DNA of 64,000 nucleotides, from NCBI GenBank assembly GCA_044892525.1, contig CM097885.1:39868001-39932000 (forward strand), written 5' to 3'. A model generated the notes under the pieces. It was not told the origin of the DNA. It ran no database searches and saw only the letters and a list, made by a program, of their open reading frames with translations. Source of the stretch: Schmidtea polychroa (taxonomy: Eukaryota). The position numbers and the translations under genes were made by a program. Positions 60,870-64,000 of the stretch are shown here, piece after piece. Positions within the stretch are counted from its first letter, which is position 1, and each line of letters starts with the position of its first letter.

Positions 60870-61657
60870 GTAAATAGCCAATACATTTCCAGAAGTTAAT
60901 TTTAATATAATTATAATTTAATTATTGAAATAATAATAATTAATTTTAATTAATGATATTAAATTATTTTTTTAGATAATCGATATTCTTAATATTTTCA
61001 ATATTTAAAATCGATAATATTCCTAAAAGAAAATAAATTTGCATTAGACAATTGATTATATAAATATTTCTTAATTTATATTATTCACAGTTGGGATTTG
61101 GTTAGAGTTAAATTTTTTATACTAAAAAATATTTTGGGTGTGTTGACTTTCTAAAAAAAATAATAAGAAGAAGAAAAAATCCTTTACTGCAAGTTTTAAT
61201 TGGTTAAAATTTTCGATTACGAAATTATTCTTTTAATCTACAATTTACGACTTTTTGGACACCTTGTTTTAATGATATTTCAATTATTTTCATTTTTACA
61301 AAAGATCAAAAATGTAATTCTATGTAACACAAACGTTCAACTTTATCAAGCGTTTAACTTCTGGAATGTTCAATGTTTGGTTTTCTTTGAAATTTATTTT
61401 CTGCATTTTAAACCAATTTTAAACCTTGGATTTCGATTTGTTTGATGTGATTTAACTTTTAATTTTTTATTAATTTTCAATTTTTTTCAATTTTTTGCTT
61501 TTGTAAAATTATCTAATAAATCAACCAGGCAAATTTTCAATCAAATTCTTGAAACATTGTAAATTATCACATTCCAACCAAAAGTCGAATTTTAAAGAAA
61601 ACAATTACAAACATTAAAAAGGATTATTTCATAAGTAACTTCTCATTTATTAGTTGT

Positions 61658-62073
<416 letters not shown>

Positions 62074-64000
62074 CAATAAATTTGTGTTAATCAATTCTAT
62101 CACGTGACTCATATTATGCCACAATATCACTGTCATAATTTGTATGATAACTTACATTTTAAGCTTAATTCGGTATTATGCATTTGAGTTAAAAATTCAT
62201 TTTGTTTTTTGAATAATGTATTTATTTTTGACTTTAATACAATGTTTTGAAATTTGTAGAAAGCAACCGTACATGACGGTATCTTTTCAAGGATTTCCTG
62301 TCAAATTTATGAGATATAATTTCGTTCTTACATGTAAAATGCGTCTAAGACATTTAAAATTAAGAAATTTGAGGAACGGAAATAAAATATATAAATGAAA
62401 ATATTCAATTTTCACTGATAACTCAATGATAGACATAATTATCGTTTATAATAAAAGAAGGTGCTACGATTCTCTTTTTATAGATGTCTAATTTGTTTCA
62501 ATAAAGATAAATCAGATTATTTTCGTTAGAAATTATTTAAATTTTGATGAAATAATGGACTTTGGATTGCGATTCTGTATTTTGAAATTTTATAAAGTTA
62601 AACAATATTTCATGATAACAAAAATTATTAAATTATAAAGATTAGAGAAATTGGCATAAACATGAAATTATTTAAAAATTTTGTTTTAATTAATATATCT
62701 TAAGAAACTAATTTGGAAATTATATCAAAACCCAATCAAAAGGCAGATAATTAACATTAGAAAGATCAAAATCTTCAAATTCACATTCACTTTTACATAG
62801 TCGAAAATTTTCGTTTTTAGATAACTTGAGACTTATAATATTTTTTACGAATTATATCTACCCGTTGTGTTTGGAAATAAATATTTCTGAGTTCCACACC
62901 TAACAATTTTACTATAGCGAAATCCTTGCGAACTATTCCTGCACAGTGAAACATGTTATATACGACATGTACATAGTAGTCACTCGTTGACGTTGATACA
63001 TATAACTAGGTAGAAATTCGGACACTGCAGAATGACCATCTGAAGCAATGTAAATGCGAATAATTATAGCGAAGGGCCATTTTTGGACCTGGAATTTTGT
63101 TCAGGAATTTATGGTATGTCAATCTGAATCTCTTTAGTGAAGAGGTATTTAGATCCTAAGATTTTTGTACAACAATTTAAGATACGACGAATTCTGAGAA
63201 ATTAAAGTCAATTATGGTAATAATTTATGTAAATATTTATTAAATCTAAAAGGATATATATGTTACAAAACGATTCAAAATAAATAAAACCCAACACTGG
63301 CTGTGCGCTGAAGTTCAGATAACGACTATTCAAACCACCCTAAAGATTATCAAGGCTGGGCATAAATGCGCCAACAGCCCGATATAGGTGTTAAACACAA
63401 GACGAGGATAATTCCCACAAATTTAAGCGCGATAATCTTAATCCCAGAAACGGATAAGACTTATATTTGATATCAAAGCGAAACAGCAAAAAACGCCTGC
63501 TGACGCTAAATTCCCTTTTAAAAAGTTATTTACAATTATATTAAAATTTACCAAGTTTATTGACAGGTCTCTTTCCTAATGAATTTCTCCTGTGTGATTA
63601 ATTCCAATATAGCAGATACGAAAACCCGAATAGGTTGTTAATAGCTAAAAAGAAATTTCCAAAATGAAATTCCAACACGATGAAATAGATTGGATCACTA
63701 TTTATCGATAAATATGTTACGATTTTGATTTGATTATAGCATCACAAATATCTAATTTTGTTTATGGAGAGCATTCTAGGTAATTGAATATGATGTCTCA
63801 AACTTGTGCTCGTTGGTAGCCAAATTCCAATATGATTTCTTTCAAATTTTCGACTAACTTTTCTCTGTCTAATTTTTTGTCACCTAACTAAAATTTTGTA
63901 CTGATATTTATATTATTTTAAAACACTTAACTCTGTTTTTAATAATTGTTTAATTACTAAATATATGTAATTATATTTATTAAAATACTATTATTATTTA

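Noticed and set aside
61290..61370. KIKNVILCNTNVQLYQAFN as myosin exon 6
   Set aside because: Lacks the invariant NPxLEAFGNAKT motif and a good acceptor; the resemblance is probably chance.
62880..63850. Slightly GC-richer, coding-like segment in the myosin intron
   Set aside because: No recognisable protein motif or termini in the frames examined

Overview
Very AT-rich, intron-containing animal genomic DNA with abundant (TAA)n/(TTA)n microsatellites. A planarian-like flatworm is plausible but not provable from sequence. About 47 kb (2017-49087, + strand) is one 25-exon BAZ2/Toutatis-family chromatin-reader gene, reconstructed by hand with phase-consistent GT-AG junctions (about 1756 aa from the ATG at 2043). 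Its domain order is AT-hook, TAM/MBD, DDT, WHIM1-3, tandem PHD, bromodomain. The first five coding exons of a + strand class I myosin (MYO1E/F-like) start at 60243. Introns and the intergenic gap hold many transposon relics: Buster-type hAT deletion derivatives, a hAT MITE, Tc1, mariner and IS630-like relics, a Tc1-type MITE, piggyBac-like ends, a Merlin-like fragment, and a 2.1-kb mini-Gypsy LTR element nested in an Ac-like hAT. There is also a dispersed hairpin repeat family tied to TAA microsatellites. No rRNA, tRNA or CRISPR is supportable.
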